In this document: in pieces, positions 1-10,816 of the stretch
Position numbering within the stretch: position 1 is the first letter of the stretch
Layout: every line of letters starts with the position of its first letter
Assembly: GCA_965112735.1 (NCBI GenBank)
Contig: OZ218951.1
Span: 3,782,001 to 3,846,000 of the forward strand
DNA: 64,000 nucleotides
Reading direction: 5' to 3'
Origin: Phaeosaccion multiseriatum
Taxonomy: Eukaryota > Protista > Ochrophyta, other classes
Translations under genes and position numbers: made by a program
Notes under the pieces: generated by a model
What the model was told of the DNA's origin: nothing
The model's input: only the letters and a program-made list of their open reading frames with translations
The model's database searches: none

Positions 1-203
1 GGTTAAGCTTTCGCTTTTTCGAATTGCCCTAGTATGTGACGACTGTTACGAGCGTGAATAAGCTAGTCAAGTCAGTGAGTGAGCGGTGAGTGCTTATATC
101 CAAGCTGTGAAGAGTGAGCGTTAAATAACGTGGTCTATACGACATCCATATGCGCCTTTGTACATACGTATATTGATGATTAGAGTTACTTTCGCGGGAG
201 GTA

Positions 204-284
204 GATGACAGAGTCGGGCACTTGCACGCAGGATTTTACTCCCTTTTATGCAGCGCCGTCATTACGGCGGACAGCCAAGTCATC
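204..284 (-). promoter_or_regulatory. SECIS element (type II) in the SELENOK 3'UTR
   Basis: Minus strand reads GAUGAC...A-UGAC-GGCGCUGCAU-AAA-AGGG-AGUAAAA-UCCU-GC-GUGCAAGUGCC-CGAC-UCU-GUCAUC. It has a UGAN/NGAN quartet, a 10-bp helix II with one bulge, an unpaired AAA, an apical mini-helix and a GAUGAC/GUCAUC lower helix. Confidence 0.88.
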
Positions 285-315
285 ACCAGCCCGGTGCGAA
301 GAATAGCGCTCTGTT

Positions 316-982
316 TTACCGGCCTCATCCCCCTGCCATTAGGGTTCTCTCTCCGGCTGGACGCAGGCCTACAACGATGAGAGAGTGGGGGGTGGGGCGT
401 TCATTGTGTGCAGCAACGTGTAGAGTTGTGTCGCGTCAAAAGAAGCAGGTTTAGGCAAGACACGGGCACGGGTGCAACGGTTAGGGCTAGGGTATGCCGC
501 GTTCACTTGCAGAGGCCTCTTACCTCTGATATTAGGCCTCCGTCTGGCGCCAGGTCCACCATTCCCTCCGCCCCCTCCCGCCCCGCCCCCACCCCCGCCC
601 CCGCCTCCGCCACTGCCTCGGTAGTTGTGTCCTCCGCGCTCCCTCCGGGCTCGTGTCGAGTTCGGAGATCCGAAAGCCGTACTGAAGCTTCAGAAGAAGA
701 CAGACGACAGGAGAAGAGGAGAAGATCAGGACACCAACGGTTTACGAGCCCTCCCCTTGTATTCTTACAATAAACCGACGCAGTTGACGATTCCCCAGAA
801 CAGTTCCGCAACAAGCCCAATGTGCCAGCGCGGTTTCGTTGTCAAGGCCCCTGTGCGAGGGAAGGGGGGCCGGGGAGGGAGGAGGAAGAGGGGCGGAGGG
901 GATTTCTTTTTTTCACACCCACTTTCAACTTGGAGGGACGACTGAACAGCTGCATACCGTCCGCGCGGAGGTAGGTCGTCAT
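316..982 (-). CDS. SELENOK: Selenoprotein K (107 aa; Sec encoded by UGA at 327-325); exons 982-958, 850-769, 687-524, 368-316
   Basis: Four exons joined by GT-AG introns with compatible phases give MTTYLRADGALTTKPRWHIGLVAELFWGIVNCVGLFFSTAFG...Gly-rich...RRPNIRGLRPAGERTLMAGG-U-GR-stop. This matches the SelK pattern (FWGI TM segment, G-rich tail, MAGGUGR end). A SECIS lies downstream. Confidence 0.93.
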
Positions 983-1118
983 TTGGGCTCTTCGCCCTTC
1001 CTTTCCGATCCCACGGCTTGGGCTGAAGTCTTTCAATTTGAAAAAGAAGGGGGAAAACAAATTCCTTGCCTTATTCCTTTGTAACGTCGAAACTCGAACA
1101 CTGCCGCACAGAGAGGGC

Positions 1119-2416
1119 ATGTCGCGCTTAAAACAAGCAGTGATAGCAGCGCTCTTGCTTTACTGTGGCCTTGTCGTCGATGGAGGGGACGGGAGAGGGC
1201 GCTCGCATCATCGGCAATCAGTTGGCGAGAGCATCGGCCTGGATGTCCAGGACGTGGGGATATCGCACGCCGCCTCGGAAGATATGCCCTTCCAACATGG
1301 CAACAACAAGGGTGCGTGGGCGCCCTGTTCCCTTGAAATGGAGACATTTGGCTCAAAATCTTGAATTTTTCGCTGCACCAGATTCTCTGTACCAAATGGG
1401 ACTCCTCCTTTTGCACGGTACCTCGATGCCTCGAGATGACCACCAGGCGGCCGAACACTTTCGCCAAGCCGCGGAGGCAGGTACGGCGGGCGGCAGACTG
1501 CTCGCTGCCCATGCTTGCTGGTAACGTCTTACCCGGTGCTTCGTGAATGCACAGGACATGTGGAGGCTTCCACCTCACTAGGGCTCATGCTCTACACCGG
1601 CATCGGGGAGGGGGGACAACGAGATTACAAGGCGGCTTTTCGCTGGCTTCGCATCGCCGCTGATGCAGGCGACACGGAAGGAATGTGGCTTCTTGGGCGC
1701 TGTTTCTACGAAGGAAAGGTGCGAGGGATGGCACACGAAGGAAAGGGTCTTGCGGGGCGAAGACCCCTGCTTCCTCATGCTGGCTCTGCATATTGCTCCT
1801 GCTTCCATTAAAACAACCATGTTGCAGGGGCTGGACGCCCCGGATTTTGAGCAGGCCCAGGTGTGGCTTCATCGTGCGGCGCAGCGAGGAAGCCCTCAAG
1901 CTCATCACTACCTGGGTCTGTTGCACGAGTACGGTCTTGGCGTATCTCAGGACTTTCAGGAGGCGAGGGAATGCTACGAGCGGGCGGCGAGCGCTGGGGT
2001 CGTGGAGTCTATGTACCATTTGGGGCTGATGAAAGTGTATGGGAGGGGGCGGCACCAGGATTTTGGGGCTGCCGTTTTCGACTTTCAAAATGCTGCGGAG
2101 CGTGAGCATTTCCCCAGTATGTACTACATGGGACTTCTTTGCCTGTCTGGCATGGGACTTCCTGTAGACTATGACATGGCCCTCGCGTGGTTCGAGAGAG
2201 CTGCAGCGGGAAGCGTGCTGGACCCGGGGCTGAAGGAAAAGGTGGGCTCAGAAGCGCACGTCTTCCCCCTTCTTGTTCCTGACTAACCCTTCCCGCACTT
2301 GTCTACTTTCGGAACTGTAGGCGAGTAAAGCGGCGGAGGAGCTCAAATTCAGCTTGCGCCTCGCTCATGTCGCTAACCTTGAATCGATTGGAGACTACGA
2401 TTATGGGAAAAGCTGA
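1119..2416 (+). CDS. Sel1-repeat (SEL1L/Hrd3-like) protein with predicted signal peptide, 5 exons
   Basis: Repeated SLR motifs (e.g. AHHYLGLLHEYGLGVSQDFQEARECYERAA), a hydrophobic N-terminus MSRLKQAVIAALLLYCG, canonical introns, TGA at 2414-2416. Confidence 0.85.
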
Positions 2417-3198
2417 ATCATGCTTTCATCTCAGAGGCGCAGGGGGTAGGGGCAGGTGTCCGCTGTTTGGCAAGGAGGGAAGGGGTGCGCACCACCACAG
2501 TATGGTTTCTGGAGTCATGTCGTTTACTTCCAATTCCTTCCAAAGCGCTCATCGGTCAGCTGAACAGTATCACCAGCAACTTTCCCGCTTTCACGCAAGC
2601 TTTCCATGGGCCGAGTGAGTGGTGAAATCGCCCCTTCAGCGTCGCCTTTGAGCAATGTGGTACACCAAGTGCAACGCGGAACGCGGGCCGCGGGCCACAT
2701 ACACTGGGGCCACGGTGCTTCGGTCCCCTCCGTGTGCGGCGGCGAGCGTCTGTAGGAGGAGGCCGTTGATCCAGCTTCTACAAGGCCTCCTCAGAACGGC
2801 ACCCAGCAGGAGCAGGGGAAATGCACACGTGCCGATGGAAGGTGCGCTGCTGCTGCTGCTGCTGCTGCTACTGTGGCTCATGAGGAACCCCAGCCTAGTA
2901 TGTGCACCACTTTAAGCACCGCACCAGGGGGGGCAAGATGATGCACAGCGCGGAGGGGGGGTGGTGGAAGGACTGGAGGTGCACAGCGGGGTGCAGAGCA
3001 GAGCAGAACATGTAGCCCCGAAGGCTGGGGAGAGGCGGCCTGACACCTCCGCGTCCCCCCCCGACGAGACGTCAAGAGGGCTTGGGGACGAAGAGTTCCC
3101 ATGTTCGGCAAGTGTGACATTCGGCATGATAGCCGGAAGAAAGGGGGCCTTTATTTGCGTGTAAGATACACTCGGGGTTGCCCTGAAGGAGCGAGCGA

Positions 3199-5127
3199 TC
3201 ATCCTACTCCACCGTGGGGAGGCAAGGCATTCACAGACATTATGTATCTCGTGCCTTCGCTTTTTCTCTTGTCTCGAGTCGCCCTCGACATCATCTGGTC
3301 TTCGTCAGCCAAGACGATTCGAAGTCCGACAGTATTTCTGACTGAGAAGAAGAGTAAATTACCAGCTGCAAGGATAAACACGGTCTGAGTCAGCACAAAC
3401 ACTGCGTTGGCTGCCAGCTGCCGCCCAGAGCAACCGTAGAAAACGCCACAACACTCGCCTCTCCTTGTGAAGGAAGCTGCGCTGGTCCCTAAAGGAGCGT
3501 TGGCGATGGCGTACCTTTCTGGCGTGGTGAACAGTCCCCCAGCCAGCACACCCCATAGCCCGCCGATGCCGTGCACTATCGATGCATCAACAACGTCGTC
3601 GACCTTCAACCTCAACAGCAGTTTGGACGATATGTGGTGAATGATGGCGCTGACGATACCGATCACAAATGATGCCTTGACGGATTCAAAAACAAGTCGC
3701 AAGGCGGGATGGGGGGGGGGTCGTTTTAGCTATGTCACTTTCCGATGGACTTGCAGCCTTCCAGGCCAGCTAAGATGGAGCACAGCCAATCCTCAGCCTC
3801 CTTGCTTGCCTCTAGTGTTCCGGTCGGAAACCAACACAATTGAGCTCACCTCCGGTTCGATGACGCCGCAACACCCTGTCACCCCGACCAGTCCAATCAG
3901 GACGGAGTTGTTGAGGCGAAATATGTCTATGCGGCGATACATGCTGGCAGAAATGATCACCTCACTGACCATGGCACTTGCCGGGGAGATGACGGTATTC
4001 ACCACAGCCATTGCAATGGTGCCAGACCGACCCACCAATCTGCCCAGCCCCCCTGAGGTTAGGTTCCATCCGAGAGAAGAACATAGGAGGCACGAAAATT
4101 AAGGGGGGGGGGGGGGGGGCGGGGAGGCAGAGTCGTAGACTTCGTCAGCGTTCATCTCCGTGCAGGCACAGCCAGGCTCAATCAACGAACCTGAATTAAA
4201 GGTGAACCATGCCGTCCATAGCACCAATGTTCCCAACGTGTTTAGAGCAGGACTTTGTCGTCTAGTCCTCAAGGGCTGTCCATCAGCCCCAAAGCGACCA
4301 GTTCGAGGTCCGACGTGCACTGCTCCCAGGAAGGCCAAAAGGCCACCTGTGTAGTGCACCACTCCCGCCCCGGCGAAGTCGATGACTCCACACCCAAACA
4401 AAGCATCGTTCTCGCGCTGCTCACTTGCCCAGCCGGAAGCACTCCAGACCCAATGAACAATGACAGGATAAATCAATGCTGTGATGGCCGTCGCGTAGCA
4501 GATGTAGCCAAAAATGCTGACGCGTTCAGCCACCGCACCAGAGACAATCGTTGCGCTTGAGGCTGCAAATGCCCACGACACCACGAACTGTGCATCGTTG
4601 GAGAACTTTCCAAACATGGAAGAGCCTATCACGCCGCCAATATCGTTCCCGTAGGCGATGCCAAACCCACACAGCCACCAGCAGAGAGCCCCAATTGCAG
4701 CATCTCCGATATTCTTTAGGAGCACGGCCTTGGTATGCTTCGGACTCACCGAGCCTACTTCAACAAACGCAAATCCGATTTGCATCACTGTAAGAGAGAG
4801 AAGCAGCAGCAGCAGCAGCAGCAGCAGGGCAGTGGGGGGGAGGAAAGCAAACTCACAATTCTATCTGCTGTTCCGCAGGGAGGTACAAAGCCCCCGTCAT
4901 ACCGGTGAGAACAGCAGGGCATTGGAGGGGAGGAAAGAAAACTCACAATTCTATCTGCTGTTCTGCGGGGAGGTACAAAGCCCCCGTGATAACAACTCAC
5001 AAAATATAAATGTGGTGAGCACGATGAGGAAGAAGAACTGAAGGTCGCATCCCAGCAGCGTCAAGGCATCCCTCTGAATGTCAAGGTCTCCGCTGAGCTC
5101 ATCCACCGAGGCTCCCTCCCTCTCCAT
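3199..5127 (-). CDS. AMT: Ammonium transporter (AMT1-type), at least 4 exons; 3' end uncertain
   Basis: Motifs MQIGFAFVEVGSV, IVSGAVAER, DFAGAGVVH, VDDVVDASIVHG. Exon 1 starts MEREGASVDE at 5127. Confidence 0.92.
4825..5000. repeat. About 90-bp tandem duplication inside AMT intron 1, next to a (CAG)n tract
   Basis: aggaaag(c/a)aaactcacaattctatctgctgttc...aggtacaaagcccccgt occurs at about 4841 and about 4931. Confidence 0.85.
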
Positions 5128-5279
5128 TGTTTCTTTCTTTTTTTCTTTCGTTCCTATGTCATGTAATCATGTATAATTCCGAGACTCACAAAGGGAAGCA
5201 AAGTAAAATGGCGCCAGCAAAACCTAAGTCAATGAATCCATTTTTTTTTATTTTTTTTATTCAAATATTTTTTTTCTTC

Positions 5280-6005
5280 CTGTGATTTCGCGGTGGAGTG
5301 GCACTTTTGACGCCCAATTACTGTGATTTCGCGGTTGAGTGGCACTTTTTACGCCCAATTACGCCCCATTAATTTTTTTTTACGCCAAATGACGACTTGT
5401 TTTACGACGTTTTACGACGTTTTACGACGCTTTAGCCCCCTATTTGACGCCCATTTACGCCCTTTTACGCCCTTTTACGCTCTTTGACGCCCTTTTATCT
5501 TAATTCGCCTTAATTTCGTCTAAAAAAAATCACGTAAAAAAAAATCACGGAAGAGGGCGTAAAAGGGCGTAAAAGGGCGTAAAAGGGCGTAAAAGGGCGT
5601 CAAATAGGGGGCTAAAGCGTCGTAAAACGTTGTAAAACGTCGTAAAACAAGTCGTCATTTGGCGTAAAAAAAAATTAATGGGGCGTAATTGGGCGTAAAA
5701 AGTGCCACTCAACCGCGAAATCACAGTAATTTTTTTTTACGCCAAAATGACGATTTTTTTGACGACGTTTGACGACGTTTGACGACGCTTTAGCCCCCTA
5801 TTTGACGCCCTTTGACGCCTTTTGACGCTCTTTGACGCCCTTTGACGCCCTTTTCCGTGATTTTTTTACGTGATTTTTTTTAGACGAAATTAAGGCGAAT
5901 TAAGATAAAAGGGCGTCAAAGGGCGTCAAAGGGCGTCAAATACAGGGCTAAAGCATCGTCAAACGTCGTCAAATGTCGTCAAAAAATCGTCATTTTGGCG
6001 TAAAA
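5280..6005. mobile_element. Older related foldback copy (TTTGACG variant, spacer inverted) interrupted by the 5321-5726 element; outer right end missing
   Basis: Joining 5280-5320 to 5729-6005 restores the left arm, and the spacer is the reverse complement of the inner element's spacer. Confidence 0.75.
5321..5726. mobile_element. Foldback/MITE element (406 bp, about 175-bp inverted arms, CTGTG...CACAG ends, TA target duplication)
   Basis: 5321-~5496 is the near reverse complement of ~5553-5726. TA lies at 5319-5320 and 5727-5728. Arms are built of 10-bp TTTTACGCCC/TTTTACGACG units. Confidence 0.85.
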
Positions 6006-6460
6006 TTTTTTTTTTCATTTTTCACTTTTCAAAGGCAGTGAATCTTTTTTCACCCCTCAAGACTGTTTCCTCTTTCCAATTAAGATACCGAAGCTACTGG
6101 CCGGGCAAGGCGCGTCGATGAGCAGCCGCGCGGCGGTGGAGCATGCACCATGCGTGGCTGCTGTCAGAGCCCCACAAGCGCCGCGGCCGGTTCTCCTGGG
6201 GCTGTTGGCCTGTTTCCTGTTTCCAAAGGTGGATACCCAGAAACCTGTCAGGGTCAAGTTGGCGCTACGATAGCTCCAACATGCTTTTAGAGGGATAGAA
6301 AAACAATGCCTCGGCAGGGTCAACTCGAGCGTTTCCAAGAAGTGCGTGTCGCTGTCTGAGCTGGATTGTCCCAGCTCCAGAGAGGAGAGGAGTTACGTTT
6401 GTCAGGCTTCCATGGGAGCCGCGACGATGCAGTGTGCCTCACGACACAAGCCTTTCAACT

Positions 6461-6577
6461 TCAGCGCCTTGCCTGTTGCTGCTGTAGCGCATTCGCAAGC
6501 TTGCCGCGAAGCGAGTCGAGAGAAGGCAGCGTGGCCGGGGCTGGAGGGCGGCCCCCATTCTGCCACCGATGCTGTGG

Positions 6578-6609
<32 letters not shown>

Positions 6610-9600
6610 CGAAGGCGGGTGGCCCGTTGAAGGGGCCTCGCGGTGGCTGCTGCTGAAAGCCCCAAGCTTGCTGGGGCTGATGGGACTGGCCATATTGCAC
6701 ATGGGACTGCTGATATTGCTGCTGCGGGAAGGAGCCACCAATTGGGAAACCGCCCTGTGGCGCTTGCTGACTAGGAGCCCAACTCTGCTGCTGCCCGTGA
6801 TACTGTTGCTGCTGCTGCCCATGATACGGCTGCTGCTGCTGCTGCTGCTGCCCGCGGTACTGCTGCTGGTGCTGCTGATGATGTGGATACTGCTGTTGCT
6901 GATGATGATGCTGGCCATTCGCCACTGTGCCGTACTCACTTCGCCGGCGCTTGCCGGGTGCAGGCTCTAATGCCCCCCATTGCCTCGCGCCAGTCTGCAA
7001 ATGTTGCGTTCCTGATGCCTGCTGCTGCGCGTAGGTGTACCCCGGTTGGGGGGGATAACTGAAGTTTCCTCTCGGAAACTGGTTTCCTCCCCTTCCTCCC
7101 TGCGGCTGCTGCTGGAATGGACCTTGGCGTGGAGCGCCGAAGAACCTGCCCTGCATCCCCTGCTGCTGCTGCTGCTGCTGAGAGAAAGGAACCTTCACAC
7201 ACGAGCAGGGGAAAGCGCGACATTAAGCACCTGCAGATGCATACACAACCTACGTACTTGCAAGACGAGTCTCACCTTGCCCAACTCAGCTATGCTCATC
7301 CCACCAAAGTTGAGACGTGGCGCCTTCCGCTGCTGCAAATCATGAACCATAAGCTTCGGCGGTAGCTCCACCGCACCTGGCACGAGTTCAGACTTGTGTG
7401 GCGCGGCTGGTGGTAGGCGGTACTCGCAGTACACGGTCTGGCTCTTGTTGATGCTTGTAAAAGCGCCGGGAGGGAAAGGGGGCGCTTCTACAGTCTCACC
7501 CGTAGTGTAGACTCCCTCGTGCTCCCCCCGTACCAGCGTGCCTGAGACGCAGCCAGCTCCTTCCTTCGCCGACAGCCATCGCTTTCCATCTCCGCCGCTC
7601 CCAAAGGATTCTTGAATGATAGCACCGACGCCTGACTTTGCATGTGCAAAAACGTAGCTGGGGCCTAGACTGTTGCGACGCGTCTCCGCCTCACTAAACC
7701 TGCTGTAGCAACTTTCGATCGCGGTCAGAAGCCTCTTTTCGTCGATGAAAGGCAAAAGGACAACCCATAACCACGGCATGGGCTTGCCGTTTGGGTCACA
7801 TGGAACCTGATCCCACCCGGGATAGAAGAGGCGCACGAGCAGGGCGGGAGGCAGGGAGGGAGGGAGGGGCGATAAGAAAAGAGACGCAAGACGTGGGTCT
7901 GTGAGCATGAGGCTCCCCGCTTCAGATGTGGCGGCAGAACATGGCACACACCTTTTCTGGGTAAAAGTCCAAAATTGGACTGGCCGGGTCCACCATGAGG
8001 TTCCTACACGGCTCTGGCAAAGCTGCTGCAGAAGCCGCGGGCAGAACAGCCATCAACTGGTGCGACACAAGGAGGACGCATGTGAGGAGGAGGAGGGGGA
8101 AAGAGGAGCGCACGCAGGAAAAGAAATAAACCAACAAACGACGATAACAAACCTGCTCGATGGGCTTGAAAGGCATGGATTCGCCGAACTCGACTTGAAA
8201 GCGGTCGCAATTGATGAGATCAGAGGCGAAGGGGGCATAATGGAACGGGTAGTACCAGGTCCAGCTTGGGCATCCCTGGTAGTAGTACTGCATCACCCAA
8301 CACAGGCCTTGGATGTATGTCTTGAACACCTTTTCCATGCCACCCCCACTCTCTATATCTTCCACCTTGCACTTGTCTGAGTAATAGCGCACTTTCCAGC
8401 CCTCCTCCCATAGTCGCACCTGCACAAAAGCAAAGGAGCAGGTGAGAGGGATCTGAAAAACGAAACGGACAAAGCGCGGAAGAATGGTACGCACATTGTC
8501 TTCCACGGTCGATCTGTACTTGTCTAGCATGTCCTCGCTGCGCCCCTTGACGTTCTGTTTCAACGCAGCGCTAGCTGCCGCTTCCTCTTCTTCAGTTAAG
8601 GCTGGACCCTTGGGCTCCGCTTCGACCGTAGGCTTGTCAGTAGGATCAACAGATCCAGTTGCCCCCCTTTTTATCTGCTTGCGTAGCCTCTGAGCGGCGG
8701 ACACGTTGTCGCCGTCGTTCTTTGCCCCCCCCCCCGCCGATGCTTCTTCCTCCCTCTTTCTCTTGAGGGCCTCAACCACCCTGCCGTCCACAGCAACAGC
8801 AGAACTGCGCATCGCGTCCGCGCCTATTCGTTCCGCCCCTCCTCCCCGTCTTTGTGCCTTACCCTGCTCCCTTCTGATGTTCTCCCTGTCCTCCGCTGCC
8901 TTTCTCCTCTGAATAGAAACAGAACATGTCGAGGCAGCGTTGCGAGTTGAGCTTTGCAGGAGGAGCGATTAGGCCAATACCCCAACAGGCAAATGCCCTT
9001 ACCCTGAACACTTCGTCCTCCACAGATCCAACTTCCGACAGAATGACGTCAACGTTGCTGAGGTTGATGTAGCCCCCTGTTCTCGTCAGATAGTCCCCCA
9101 GAGACGGTAAGACGCGCTTATACACATTGAAAATAAACTCCAGGGCGCCGTCTCGAATATCCAAGGACGGGAGGTGCGGCAGGAAGTCATTGCCGACAAA
9201 GAACATGAGGAAAACGAAGTCATCCACGACGCGTTCAAAGTCGTACTTGAAAGGCAAGACTCGCTGTTTCGGAAGAGCGAAGAGGGGACAAACGACAGCA
9301 AACAAGCCAGTATGAAGGAGCACATTTCAGAGCAACCGCTGATTCCCAACAAGTGCTTGCCGCGTGCAGAGCTCAAACGTACCTCCAAGCAAGAGAATTC
9401 ATTCCTCAAGTACTCGCGTAGAGTAGAAATTTGCAGCATCTGCAAAGGCTTAACTTCATGGCAAGATCCCCCCTCCCCGCCGATACCATCTCTCCCCTCG
9501 TCAAACCCCGCAAGCGCATCGTGTATGCTCTGAGCGGCTCGGGTTGCTGCCGCTCGTTTCTCCTTGTCCCTCCGACCCCCGAATATCACTTGCTCCCGCA

Positions 9601-10724
9601 GGATAGTGAAGTTGACTTCGTGTGTGGCGAGTCCCAGCATGATCAGATCTGCATCCAGGCCGTGAAGCACGTGCGAAAGATTCGGGTTGTATCCCGGCTG
9701 CGTCCGTTGACGCCGAATAAAGTCCATAATCTTATGCTCTCCTTCCCCTGGCTCGTTGGAGTCTGAGAAGATGACAGTAATACTCTGCCATGCGGGGTCC
9801 CTGTCCGCGCCAGCAGGACCAGAACATGAGCAGTGACAGTGGCAGCAGCGATTGAGCAAGGGTGACGGCAAGGACGCAAACCTCCACTTCCACTGCCTGT
9901 CAAGGTACAGCCACAAGACAGGAACAGTACCTCTGGATTCTGTCCTGAATGTAAAACCGCAGATAGCTAGCCAGACGATCCATGAATCTAGTCCCAGGGG
10001 TGATGACATTGCTATCCCACGTCTTCTTGGCCTCAGCTGGCACGTTAAGACCCATCTGCACCATTTCCCGACGGACATCTCGCATCACTTCCTCTTGCTC
10101 CATCACCTGTGCAGAGTAAGGTGGGGTCCAACAAAGCAATCAAGCATTCTTCATGCCAAATGCGCTTCTCTCTTCTGTGGGACGCGAAGATGGGTTCTGA
10201 GCCACTTACCTCTTGAGCCGATCGGAACCGTCTCGAGCGCTGTTGATTCATCTTCGCGCGCGGTGCCACACCGTCAATGGCCAGGTAGAGCAGCTTGCGG
10301 GGTCGAACGGCCGCAAAAAGCCTACGAGGGAAGAAAGGGGGGCGGATAAGTCCAGCCGAAGCCACGAGAAGCGCCAGAAGGGGATCTCAACTCACCTGTC
10401 AACGTACTCCATGACATTCTCATACATCTCCTCCTCGCTCTCAGGGGGAGCCTTATCTTCCGGGTGCGAGCAGGGATGGATAATGCCTGCTCAGAGAGAT
10501 GGATCGAGAGAGTCAGCTGCCAGCGAAGCGAACGAAACAAGCTCCCTGCGCTCACCATTCATATCGATGTAGAAGTTGTCGAAGTCAATGCCAGCCGCAT
10601 TGGGCTTGGTCAGGTCCATGGGCACGGCCGTACCGTCCACATACTTCTGTCGCTCCTGCACGATATCCACCACTATCTTTGGGTACTTCTCTGAGATCCA
10701 GCGGAAGAATGCGGGAACACCCAT
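6461..10724 (-). CDS. XRN2: 5'-3' exoribonuclease 2 (Rat1/XRN2), multi-exon, with Q/G/Y/P-rich C-terminus
   Basis: [81 protein letters not shown]. Confidence 0.95.
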
Positions 10725-10816
10725 CACTCTCCGCACACCTCTGCTCTGAGAGGTATTCCGCCTCGAGCGGCGCGAGTAAGTAAGTCAGCGAGAACGAACC
10801 CTTTAAAAAAGATACA

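Noticed and set aside
248-1120. Short ORFs from the track (408-773, 503-820, 625-945)
   Set aside because: They are shadow frames of the spliced SELENOK gene.
2760-2880. TAG-to-Gln genetic code reassignment
   Set aside because: TAG terminates clear genes here (calmodulin, CAMKMT, NTT) and no conserved exon examined contains an in-frame TAG or TAA.
5280-6005. CRISPR-like or telomere-like array
   Set aside because: No unique spacers or cas genes; the structure is inverted arms with a TA TSD in a eukaryotic context.
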